NCBI RefSeq assembly: GCF_006345805.1
Contig: NC_043006.1
Location: 9,052,001-9,116,000, forward strand
DNA from: Octopus sinensis
Lineage: Eukaryota
Reading direction: 5' to 3'
Length of the DNA: 64,000 nt
Shown: positions 14,170-26,267 of the stretch, in pieces
Numbering within the stretch: the first letter of the stretch is position 1
Layout of the letters: each line of letters opens with the position of its first letter
Position numbers and translations under genes: made by a program
Notes under the pieces: model-generated
What the model saw: the letters and a program-made list of their open reading frames with translations, nothing else
What the model was told of the DNA's origin: nothing
Database searches by the model: none

Positions 14170-15960
14170 CCCGCCTCTCTTTTTTGATTTTTTTTTTTGT
14201 GTGAACCATCTAATATTTATGTCATGGCGCCTATTTTTCGAGAACTATGAACGTTTTCTTTTCCCTTCACTTGTATGCCTATGTTCAATCACCTGCAGTG
14301 GCGTTGGTACTTGGAACGTATCGCACAACCATTCCATAATTTGCTTCAGCTTCTTTGGTTCGGTTTCCACTAATCTCTTGTTCAGCTTTTCTACCACTTT
14401 TTACCCAATACATCATATTACCTATGTATTTGGTAATTTGCTCCTTTTACTTGTTCTACTTTCCATTTTTGTATGTCCTCAATTACAGTATATCACTAAC
14501 TTGCTAAATCTTCCCTGGAACATTTTCAATTTATCAAAAACTAACTTTACTCTCCTTGCAAACAACAACTCCGCTTGTGAGCTAGCGTTGGTATTTTCTG
14601 ATTTGGTGTTACACGGCCCCCTCTTAATAATTATTGTAAAGATAGTTCATCCGTGCTTTCCGTATATTTTCCTTAGCTCTTTTGAAAGTATCAACAAAGC
14701 ATTCTGCCTCTCCATTAGATCTGGGATGGATGGTACTGTAGTTAGACGTTCTACCGCGAACATTTCACAATTCTTTGAAAATTCGCTAGAAACATATTGC
14801 GTTCCATTATCATCAGTTACTTGTCTTAATTAGTTGATTATTTTTTCAGTTAGAATTTACACTCTACGTTAACACCAAAGGGAAGCCGCTACATTTACTA
14901 TAAGCCATTGTGTGTTCATTTTTAAGAAATGTGATCATGTGCGACTAACTAATCGTTCAACTTTGTTGAAAAATCTGTACATAGTCTTCGTTTGTCATCC
15001 GTCTTTTTCACGTAAACCGACGGTGTTGCACAATCTGTGTGGTTATTCTTTACAATTATATCAATACTTTTCAGTTTTTCCAGTTCTTTTTTTAACCTGA
15101 TCTATGACTGTAAATGGTAAATGTCTGTTTGGCCTATATACTGGTGTTACGTGGTTTACTGCAATCTTTTGCTTCAGTACTTCGACCTCATTTGAACCTT
15201 CGACTGCGGCGACCGGCGAGCTGGCAGAAACGTTAGCACGCCGGGCGAAATGCGTAGCCGTATTTCGTCTGCCCTTTACGTTCTGAGTTCAAATTCCGCC
15301 GTGGTCGACTTTGCCTTTCATCTTTTCGGGGTCGATAAATTAAGTACCAGTTACGTACTGGGGTCGATAGAATCTACTTAATCCGTTCGTCTGTCCTTGT
15401 TAGTCCACTCTATGTTTAGCTCCTTGTGGGCAATAAAGAAATATATATTTCTATACAAAACTTTTATGGGTATATCTCGTAAATTGAATAATTCTATCCA
15501 TTCTGTCGTAAATAAATTAAGTGACTGTTTTAAGGTATATATGCTAGCCTTTTTCGTTTGACCACGAAATATTACGTTACATACGCAACTAATCAATTTC
15601 GGCTTACTGGCATATTTCCTCCGTTTTTTTTTTTTCACCTTTATAATAGTCTCGTATTTACCTGAGTCAAACTTCAGCTTTACACTTATATTTTAAATTT
15701 TCACATTTACGAACTTCTTCTCATTGTATCACATTTGTTTTTCGATGGCATAATACTATTTACTTTTTTGTCATTGTTCTGACCTTTATCATCTTCGTTC
15801 GACAGTGAGACTGTATATCTCCTACGTTTCCAGAACGAAAACACTCCGGTGTTTTTAATGGGCAATTTTCCCAAAATGCACTCTGCCACTGCAAAGCATG
15901 AGTTTATATCCTGGTTCATATGAGAGCCTGTTCGTCTTCGGGAAAACGGCATCGTTAAAG
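14170..15960 (-). mobile_element. Decayed Ty3/Gypsy LTR retrotransposon (gag Zn-knuckle, protease, RT N-terminus, internal deletion, integrase), interrupted by a SINE
   Basis: Minus strand: ENCPLKTPECFRSGNVGDIQSHCRT (gag knuckle, ~15790-15890); VKLKFDSG..NLFTTEWIELFNL (protease, ~15450-15715); TPVYRPNRHLPFTVIDQVKKELEKL..CATPSVYVKK..LCTDFSTKLND (RT, ~14945-15190); DDNGTQYVSSEF..HPRSNGEAECFVDTFKRA (IN, ~14680-14820). Confidence 0.88.
15213..15441 (+). mobile_element. SINE family C (Ceph-domain-like), inserted in the Gypsy relic between protease and RT
   Basis: GGCGAGCTGGCAGAAACGTTAG head, GAGTTCAAATTCC B-box-like motif, GGGGTCGATAAATTAAGTACCAG..GGGGTCGAT core; same family at 32972. Confidence 0.88.
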
Positions 15961-16077
15961 CCGAATGGATTTGGACGCAGAACGCAAAGCTAAATAATTT
16001 GGCTACCGACACACAGTTTGTGTCCGTATAATATATGGAAGGGAGGTCATCACTCCCATCTCTAGCCTTACGTGATA

Positions 16078-16122
16078 CTCACACATGTATGTTTCTGGGT
16101 TCTTACCCGTCCTCAGTGTGAG
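16078..16122 (-). ncRNA. Degenerate type I hammerhead-like motif (tandem unit 1)
   Basis: CTCACA-CTGAGGA-C GGGT AAGA ACCC A-GAAA-CATACA-TG-TGTGAG: 6-bp stem I and 4-bp stem II, but the cleavage position is G and stem III is mismatched. Confidence 0.45.
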
Positions 16123-16349
16123 ACAATGACTGGATAGTAATGGGTTTACTCCACTTAGATTCCTTATAACGCCGATCTTCTAAAGAGAAAAATCAACTTG
16201 TTTTAAATCTCTTAGCGAGAGATAAGCAATATCAGTACCGAATAGTAAAGCTTATTTCACAACATAATGTGGCAGACCTACAAAGACAATATTTTATTTT
16301 TTTAGCCCCAGGAAAAAAATTCCCGCTGGTTACCAACACACAGTTGGTG

Positions 16350-16403
16350 CTCGCATAGCCTTACAAACTTCGGTTTCCGGTAGCTATCGGCCCTCAGTGT
16401 GAG
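16350..16403 (-). ncRNA. Degenerate type I hammerhead-like motif (tandem unit 2)
   Basis: CTCACA-CTGAGGG-CCGATAGCTACCG-GAAA-CC..GGC-TA-TGCGAG; homologous to unit 1 within a diverged ~281-bp tandem repeat. Confidence 0.35.
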
Positions 16404-16516
16404 ACAATCACCGGCATGTGATATGATCTTACTCCACATGCAAATACTATATATGTTTTAAGCAAAATACGTTCCTGATCTCGTAAAGGGAAAATCGACC
16501 GGTTTTAAATCTCTGA

Positions 16517-16589
<73 letters not shown>

Positions 16590-16705
16590 TAGGGAATGGA
16601 GTAGATAAAATCTATTACTTCAAGCTCACTAACTTCCTACATTTTGATACTTGGATCTTACGTTTACGCGCGCACACACACACACACGTATATATACATA
16701 TATAT

Positions 16706-16760
<55 letters not shown>

Positions 16761-17387
16761 TATACAAACATATATACATATATACCAACATAAATCTATA
16801 TGTATCTGCACGCGTGTGAGCGCGCATGTTCGTGCGTGTTGGTCACGTCACATTTATGTAAATTGGAATGTTTGTATTTATAATTTAAGAGTAGATTTGT
16901 TCGAAACACATAAATAATAAACTAGAGGAAGCATTCCTTTCTAATCCTTGAAACTGATATTAGCTCCTACACAGGTGACACGCCACAAATTTATAGGTAA
17001 AACGTTCTTATCAGCAGTAACCCCAAAAAGAAAATCAAAAACATAGATGCATGGATATAACATTTTGGGGAAATTACATCGTTAAAGCTGGATGGATTTG
17101 AACGCAACACAATATAAACAAATATATTTTTTTCTTCCTATATAAGCTAATGCTGCACTCCCTGCAGCTCTTAATCTTCCTAATAACATTCTATCTAATA
17201 AAAAATAATAATAAGCTCTTGTTTACAGTACTTGGAGCAACGTGGATCTAAAGATATCTATATTAAATTACGTAGGCAATTGGTAATAAAGCGAAGAGCT
17301 GGTGCAATTTAATTTTCGCGATATTTGTTGCATGTTATTAGAGAATTTTCACATCAGTTTCCTTAAATTAGTAAAAGGACGGCTGAG

Positions 17388-17535
<148 letters not shown>

Positions 17536-19999
17536 TGTTCTATTCATCTACTTCAAATATATAATATAAACACGAACAGTATACTGAGGATGACAGATTT
17601 CATCAGCTCGCCAGATAAAAAAAAAGGTCCATACGTGACTAGTTATAAGTAATCTATATTAGAATTACAAGCACTGTTTATCTTTGTTTCGCCTATATGG
17701 TTCGAAAGAATTATTTATTAAATTACTTCCATTCTTCCATTTTTTATTGCATTGTTGTAAATAATTTGATCATTTCGTTCCTTTCAATTTTGGTTTATAT
17801 CGGTAAGCAAATTGCGCAGGTAATTTCTACAGAGTTCACGTTACGTAAAGTATGGACTCGGCGGCCAGTGTTCTCTTACATCTGTGCTGTTCAAAGGAGG
17901 TACTGTCTTTTGAGGGAAGCGGAATATTTGAATGTATCTGATAGTGGGGAAGCAGATACACATTTTAACTATATATATATATCCAAATTATATATTTTCT
18001 TCGCGTCAATTATCTGGTGAATATATATTGATCAAAGTATATACTTTTACAGTCAATATTATACTGATGACATTATTCATGAGCAAATGTTAAAATTTAA
18101 GAGCGATCAAATGACCGGTAGTATTTTGTTTTCGTGAGATTGAGTATTTAATTTCGTTTAATCCGAGCAAACAGGCGTTGAACGTGCGTTAGAAACGGAA
18201 TGGAGGTAGTCTTATGAACACAAATACTATCGATGGATACATAAGAAACAAATATCTTTGATCAATCAGCGTCGATTTTCAGAGTAAGCAACAAGCACAG
18301 TTTATACTTTCTCTGCACCTTTCAACACATAATTTTGCTTCTATTATGAATGTTACATCTATTATTATTCTTTTAATTAACAAGCACCTAAGATTAGAAA
18401 TTTCAGAAAGAGGAATCTGTATGTTACATTAGCTCTCAGTGCAATGTGTGCGAAAGTCTAATCACAATTGACAATCAAGAGATGAATATAGTTATAAACT
18501 CTGACTGTTCTTTATATGGTCAGATGTATCAATAATGTATAAACTCTTGGAAGCTAAACGACATTGACGTGAGAGCATTTTCTCGCATTTTTTTCTTTTT
18601 TGTTTGCAACTCTGCCATTATATCCTCTCAGAATTCTACTGTCGAGGTTTAAACTAATGTAAGTAGAATAACCGATCAGGTTCTGTAGCATATATGTTGA
18701 TCCTCACGTTGTTACTTTGTGTTTCAACACTCTACGTATATATAATCAAAAATAAGCAACAAGTATGAATCCGGTAATTTAGTACAATTGTTTCATACTA
18801 CAGCATTTTATTAAAAGCTGTAAATATTACAGCAGATTTAATATGTCGAGTAATCTTCAGCTAATTTTATGTAGGTTTTCCAATAATGTAAAGTTCTCAA
18901 ATCAATTAGTAACATCTTAGAGAAGGTAAATATACAGATAAAGATGTAAATATGAATCTCAGGGACATGAGGTAGTGTAGTTAGGATGCCAACCAGACCA
19001 AAATTTTGCTCACAACTAACTGTTGTAAGAAAATTTCCTAAGTTATAAGAATGGGGGTAAGGGCAGGTTAAGAAATCAAGTTAGTTGAAGATAAGAAGGG
19101 GAAAAATTCAGGAGATGTAAAAGACAAACAGATTGTCACTAGAACAAAGGGTCAATCTATTTATGTGGTGACAGAAGATTTAGGTCAGTATAGAAAAAAC
19201 ACTAAATTCTTAGGAGAATATGAGGTAGGAGGTCAGCTACTAAGCTGACCAGACCTTACTTTCCACTGAAAGCCATCAGAATTTTTAGTAGGAATTTAGG
19301 TAAGGGGATATAAAAGAAAGCTGTAAAAGTTAGTTGCAGAGAAAATACATTAAGGGAAATCAAGGTTATCACTAGAACAGAAAGCTATTAATTTTTATGT
19401 GGTGAGAAAAAAATCTAGGTCAATGTCCAGAGGTCAATTAAATTCTTTTACAAAGGGTAGGGGAACAAAACCTCATCCAATTTATAGTAGATATCGAATT
19501 TTATGACGTGGGGAATAGTATTAAATGTTAAAATTAAAATAGAATTGGGAAAATATGCAATTTCATGATTAAAGTGAGGTTAATTTAGTTGAATATAAAA
19601 GTAAATTAGAGGTTGGTATAGTATATCTCATATTATTATTATTATATTAAAAAGATGCAGTTAGAAAAAGTAGGAAAACCTTAAAATTTCTATTTGAAAG
19701 GTCTAATTGTTGAATGAATGCAAATCAACCTGATTCTAGACGATTATTTAGTAGAATTTTATTACTTAAAAACTTTAAAATTTCATAGGTTTCCATAGAA
19801 CAGAGTTGGGGCCTACTCTATTATTTCTATAAGGTTTTGCCCTCCTAACTATATCCCATTTTAGGTTATAATCATTTTAGGTTATTTTCGATTATAATTA
19901 CCCCGCATATTTTTATGGGTAATACCATAAAAAATTCTGGTGCATCTAAATTAAGTACCATATTCATTTGAATCTTAATTGTTTGCTGAACTTATATAT

Positions 20000-20910
20000 A
20001 TATATATAGTTAATCCAAACATGAAAACACAACAACGCGTGGACGTGGAACAAATATAGTATTATTGGACGCTCAGGAAGGGAAGACGGAGGAAAAAATT
20101 CGCCAACGGTACACACGCGGTCACATTTTGAATGTGTATATATATATATACATATATATATATATTATATGTAGAAAAATACAAACTGGGACAAGAACGT
20201 AAAACATTTAGAAGACGATACAAAAAACACGGACGGGACATTCGAAGCCTTCAATCTTCAATCAAGAACCAGATCTTCCTAGCAATTTCGGCTGATTAAT
20301 CTTGAGATCGCTCCGATCCGGCCAGCCCCAAGGAAAAACTAAGCTACGATCATTAGATTTCTTGAAAGAAGGATCGAATGTATACGAAACAGGGACAGAA
20401 AAACAGACGATGCCACACGAATATAAAATTCAAAAAACAATAATGGTAAAAACAGGATAAAAACAGCGGGTGTCTTACGACTAATAAACAGTCAACAAGT
20501 TTAGCTGGCGTATTTGGAAAAAATGCCTTTATCGGCAGACGAAGACAAGGATGTTCTCACGGCAGTGGTCGGAGGCCAAAAGGCTGATTTTGACCAGCGG
20601 TCACGTGAGTGAAGAGAGAGAAAAGAAAGGGGGCAAAGGTAACAAAGAGAGAGAGAAAGAGGGACGAAGGGAACATATCAAAGTAGAGTGTAAAGTGAGA
20701 AAGGCAGAGAAATGTAGGAGAGAGAGACAGTGTGTAGAGTCGTACCAAATTTACAGGAATATGTACTTACATAAGGCCAACGAGGGTATGGATGTCGCTA
20801 TATATATTATACGTAGAAAAATACAAACTGGGACAAGAACGTAAAACATTTAGAAGACGATACAAAAAACACGGACGGGACATTCGAAGCCTTCAAACTT
20901 CAGTCAAGAA

Positions 20911-20963
<53 letters not shown>

Positions 20964-21330
20964 GGAGTAAACACATAAATGTGAAACAAGGTGGAAAAAA
21001 GAGTACTCAAATACCAGTGGTAGAGTAATATGCTTTATTTTAAGCAGCAGAAAATTCAACAAAATCTGTTACTCTGAGTTTCTCGTTGCCGTTCATCAGA
21101 CAGTTTTTGCTAGATGGAACATATATATTAATTCAATCTATACTCTTACAAACGCTACACCTTTAAAAAGAAATGGACTTGTTTGATTGGCCCTTTAGAA
21201 AAAACGGTCAATCTTCGAGCGATAAACAAAAAGGTCAAAAATATATGTATATATATATAAAAAAACTTATAAAAATTATAAAAATTATAAAATCCGAGGA
21301 AAAAACCGAGGAAAAAACCTATTGCCGTTA
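20000..21330 (-). mobile_element. Cluster of Penelope-like (pseudo-LTR) fragments in (TA)n tracts, including a 99-bp direct repeat
   Basis: Direct repeats 20171-20269 and 20813-20911 (2 mismatches); hammerhead at 21066; no RT or GIY-YIG ORF seen, so the PLE assignment is inference. Confidence 0.5.
21066..21103 (-). ncRNA. Minimal type I hammerhead ribozyme motif
   Basis: CTGT-CTGATGA-A CG GCAA CG A-GAAA-CTCAGAG-TA-ACAG: full core, stem I CTGT/ACAG (extendable by AAAA/TTTT), GNRA-capped stem II, short stem III, GUA cleavage triplet. Confidence 0.8.
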
Positions 21331-24300
21331 ATGAAGACAGTACAAATTAATGCATAGAAATTAAACCTGTTATAAATACTGCAATACATATTTATATTAA
21401 AATCCACATATATATATCAACATACACAAAAGGATGCGCGTAAACGCCATACATACATATACAGACGTATGAATATGAATCTAAATTATACACATAAAAG
21501 CATGTGTACATATATTCACGCAAACCGTCTCGCACGCAAGCTAAAATTCATCTATGTAGCAATTCTCATATACTGAGCAAGGAGGGGGAACGAAAGAAAG
21601 GGAAAGAGAGAAAAAGGAACGAAAGAGGGGTGGGGGGAAACTTGTAGCGATGACACACACATGTACAGACATGCAAGTACAGATATAAAGAGAGAAGGAG
21701 TGAGACAGTGCGAGTAAATAATTTTATGTTGCCAAATGAAGAAACTTGAACATAAATCAAACGAGTTAACCTGTTAAAGGGAAATTTGATACCTTCGTCT
21801 GTTTTTCTTGCTTCCTAAACCATGTCAGAAAACATTTGTATTTACAATAATGAAATACACTGTGGAATATATTATTGTGCTAAACATTAACTTCAATTAT
21901 ACTTTGAAATATATTTTTTGTCAATTCTTGTGTTCCGTAACAAAATTTATATTACAAAACATATTAAGAAAGTAATGTTTAGGAAGTCTGCTCCAGGGAA
22001 ATACTTATATATTATGAAGAAATAAACTGTCATCTTTGGTTCAATTCTGATAGATATTGGGGAAAATTTTATTTAGGAATATGTTTATTTCGATGTGCTA
22101 CTTAAACAACCAGTAGTAGTTTATAGCCGATGCCAACACTTTTCTTTGTTGTTATTGATTCAAACGTTGAACGAAAATTCCTTTTAGAAGAGATATAAGT
22201 TTTCAGGAATATATGTGCGCAAATATGTATTAACATGTTTATCTTGGTGGAGCTATGTACACACATATGTAAATACATACTCATATACACAAACATACAC
22301 ACACATATGCATATATATATATATGGACATATATATGTATATATATATGTATCTATATATATCCATATATGTGGGTAATTAGGGAGGTATAATCATATAT
22401 ATCTCTCCCCCTATCTCTCTCTCTTTCTCTTTATATACATACATATATATATATATATATATTTATTTGCATATAATTTCAATTATTAACATGAGATTTT
22501 TGCAACTTTTAAGAGAAAATTTATTGAAGAAATGCCGAAGTATAAATAATCTTCGCTTATCTCTCCGTTCGAAGTCTTTTTACCTGCAAAAAAGTTTTTT
22601 ATTGTTTATACAGAATTTTTGAAAATCCTTTTTCTCGACATATCATTATAAAAATTCAATGACAGAAATGAAGAATGTTGATAGTGAATGTATCTCACAA
22701 ATTCTGGAGAATGTAAGTTACGAATATGATTGCATTATATTATAGGGTATTAAACGAGAAGAATATTTATAAGAAAATAAGAAAATTATTTTCTTTAAAC
22801 AATGATAAATTTGAGAAAAAATACAATAAGTGACATCAACATATCTCCTTTGAAGAGATTCCAATACATTTTTTTCAGTTTTGCTCTATTGATTTTTCAT
22901 CCTTTAATTTTTACTTCTTTTGCTTTTAAAATTTACTTTTATTTTATTTTCTTTCTGAGAATTCTTTTCACGCACATTTATTACAATATCAGTTTTCGCA
23001 TTTTTGTTACCTTTTTTTCTGTATTCATGCTATCATCTTTCCCATCGCACTGTATTTTACTTCTCCTTCGTAAACACGTAAACCCTATTATCAGCAAATG
23101 ATATGCGAGATCATATGCTGTAGATCCAATTTACGCGAATAACAATGAATATTAACCCTTTCATTCATATTATTTATTACGTGGACCTACGTGTTCATTA
23201 CCTGTACTAGAATCACTTTATAATACATAACATTCGCAGAAATATGCGCTTTTCTCTGTATATCCATATAAAACTACATTTTTTTCTATCTACGCATTGC
23301 AGCTCATGCACATATATTATGCATGAATAACATGCAAGAGAATAATATTGAGCTTTAACTACACGAGTCGAAATTAATGACTTGCTCCTGTGAGACATGC
23401 ATATTTTGATTGCTCTATCAGAAGGAAATACGTTGTAACTTAACGCTGAACACGGTCTTAACATCTCTGCTATTTCCACTTCCTATGTAGCTTTCATATT
23501 TCTGGTTACTATTACATTACTACACTTCTGACAAAAGCGGAAAGCCTATATTTTAAAAAAGAATCATTCTCTCAATGTTCATTTACGATTCTTCGGAATC
23601 ATTTACGACACATATGTGATAAAATCTTCTGCTCTGCGTTATATGTTACCCTTATTTTTCATTATGTTTTGATAAGCATGCTTAAGCTCTTCCCTTTGCA
23701 AAACAAGTCGAAAAGTTATTACCATATTTGTATTGTTAGTCGATACTTCCACCTCAATACTCGCTTGTTGTTGTCATAAAGTAATGTTTTCTGTATAATT
23801 AGCCAGTCATATTTTGTTTTAAGCTCCCAGTGATTTTGTTTACGAAATGTAATTTTTACCCGAAGACATTTCCATTGATACACACTGCATTATATATTCC
23901 CTGTTATGGAAACAAACATTATTATAAGTAATCATTTCGCCACTACTTCAATAGAAACATATTTACGATATAGTACAATTCCCAAACTAAACAATTACCA
24001 GCATCTCAACAACACATCATAGAGTTTGTTTAAGCTAAATCCGACTATTTTGTGTATCTCCTGTTTTTAGGAATACTTTCATGCACCGCCAGAATTCATC
24101 CACATATCTATAAACTGGGTCTTGCTATACATTCGGATGTTTATTTGAAGCTCTCGGGCACTGAATACCAATACATGGCTGGAGAGGATTGCTCCAGAAA
24201 AGCCAAATGTGAGGCGGTACGAATCGGCGCATAGCCGTCCGGAAATAATCAGATATTGAAAAAAAGAATCTCTTTGACATCACCAACTTCAATTTCATCC

Positions 24301-25855
24301 CCCATAATTCTCCTGATTATAATACCATGGATTAAGATGAGCAGAGTGCGATTGAGAAAATAATTATGGTGGCCAATAACAAGGGAATATTGTTGTGCCA
24401 TTAATATTTTTTTTTAATGAAGACCAACAAGATCGTGGGAACTTCAGTAAAATGTCGGTTTGCAATTATATGATAACACACATTTATGTCGACACGAAAC
24501 GCTACTACTGGACACAGGTAAGTGAAACTTCAACAGTTCCGTTTCCTCAAACATGGAGTCAGTATGTTTTTGGAAATCCTTCATAAAAGTGTAATAACAC
24601 ATTCTTCCTGAGAATCTCGTAGATTATATTTACTGATCCTAGATCTGCAACTACCTGGAATGTGCGTATCTTTGGCCTGAAGTGTAACATGCCAATATTT
24701 TAAGAGCCGTTTGTGTGCATCATGAAATGAAAGTGAAAAAAATAATGAAACCGAAGTACAAATTTACCAATGAGAATAACCACTATGGAAATTATTAAAT
24801 TTGGCCAAAAAAGTGAGAATCTTAATTAAAACGAAATAATTAAATATGCAATTCAAATTGCTATGCGTTTTTTTTTTTTGGCAGCAAAGTGAGAAGTCTG
24901 GTAATTTTCAGTTGCATTAGCCATCCGTTGCAAAGCGAGTTGTAACTATTATTGCCAATATTTGGAGACTAGACGAGTATGTGTCATTTTAGTGAATGAA
25001 TACAGGGCGTTGTTATAAACACAAAACAACGACTATGGGGAACTCGTCAGAAAACATGCTGGAAGAAACATCTACAATGAATTTATTTAACAAATATACG
25101 GTTAATTAAGTAACACTATGCATTCACTCATGCGAATAGTTATCCTCACAATCACTCGAAGCAAAGAATCTCAGTCCCTAAACGTTAGTTAAAGATTAGT
25201 TAAATATATTATTCAGAATGGAGAAAGTCTGATTCTTAGCACGACGGTGGCATTTTCAGATATATTTGCGTAGTGTTTACCTTCGTCAGAGAAGCATTGT
25301 GTCAGCGTTGCTGCGGATATTAGATAACTAGATATAGCATTTTCATTAGTTCTCACACAGTGGTGATATAGCTTAAAGGAATTACTCAACAAATTAGCTA
25401 CGTTGTCAAATATGCTATATTATTTAAAAAGTATACCACTTACAGTATGATGCTGTAAGCATTCTGGATAAATGGCGACATCTGTTAGGCAATTTACAAG
25501 CTATGTCTTATTCTCGGATTAATAATTTCTAAAATTACCCAGGCATGCTAGCTTCACGAAAAGATAGTAATAAACGAGGCACTAACGTATTTGATTCTCT
25601 TAGGCAATAAATATAAAAATATTAGTTAATCTTACAAACTTCTCTTGTAAGATAGTTTAACAGTTCGACTATGATTATTAATGAATTCCAATAAAAGCGG
25701 AACATGTCAAGAAACTTTAAATTTAATCCCGCTCTCCAATGCATATTCTCATTTATTTTAATTAAATATTTCTGGATTAACCACCGTGTGTTCTATGACC
25801 AAATTTAGTTCTTTCTTTCGAATGTTTCATTATCATAGGAAACATATGAATACAC

Positions 25856-26267
25856 TTTTACTCTTTTACTCTTTTACTTATTTTAGTCATTTGACTGCGG
25901 CCATGCTGGAGCACCGCCTTTAGACGAGCAAATCGACCACGGCACTTATTCTTTGTAAGCCCAGTACTTATTCTATAGGTCTTTTGCCGAACCGCTAAGT
26001 TACGGGGACATAAACACATCAGCATCGGTTGTCAAGCGATGTTGGGGGGACAAACACAGACATACCAACACATACACATGCATTCACATATATATACATA
26101 TATACGACGGGCTTCTTTCAGTTTCCGTCTACCAAATCCACTCACAAGGCTTTGGTCAGCCCGAGACTATAGTAGAAGACACTTACCCAAGGTGCCACGC
26201 AGTGGGACTGAACCCGGAACCATATGGTTGGTAAGCAAGTTACTTACCACACAGCCACTCCTGCGCC
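25856..26267 (-). mobile_element. SINE family A, full length
   Basis: Same structure as other copies. Confidence 0.9.

Noticed and set aside
14138-14833. Longest ORF (231 aa, + strand, hydrophobic)
   Set aside because: Antisense shadow of the Gypsy integrase relic on the - strand
18950-19990. Possible NUMT
   Set aside because: No convincing mitochondrial protein or rRNA match on manual translation with the invertebrate mitochondrial code; retained only as an unexplained segment
24052-24234. Pyrimidine tract-AG followed by a 54-codon open frame
   Set aside because: No recognisable protein motif and no partner exons; cannot be supported without RNA-seq
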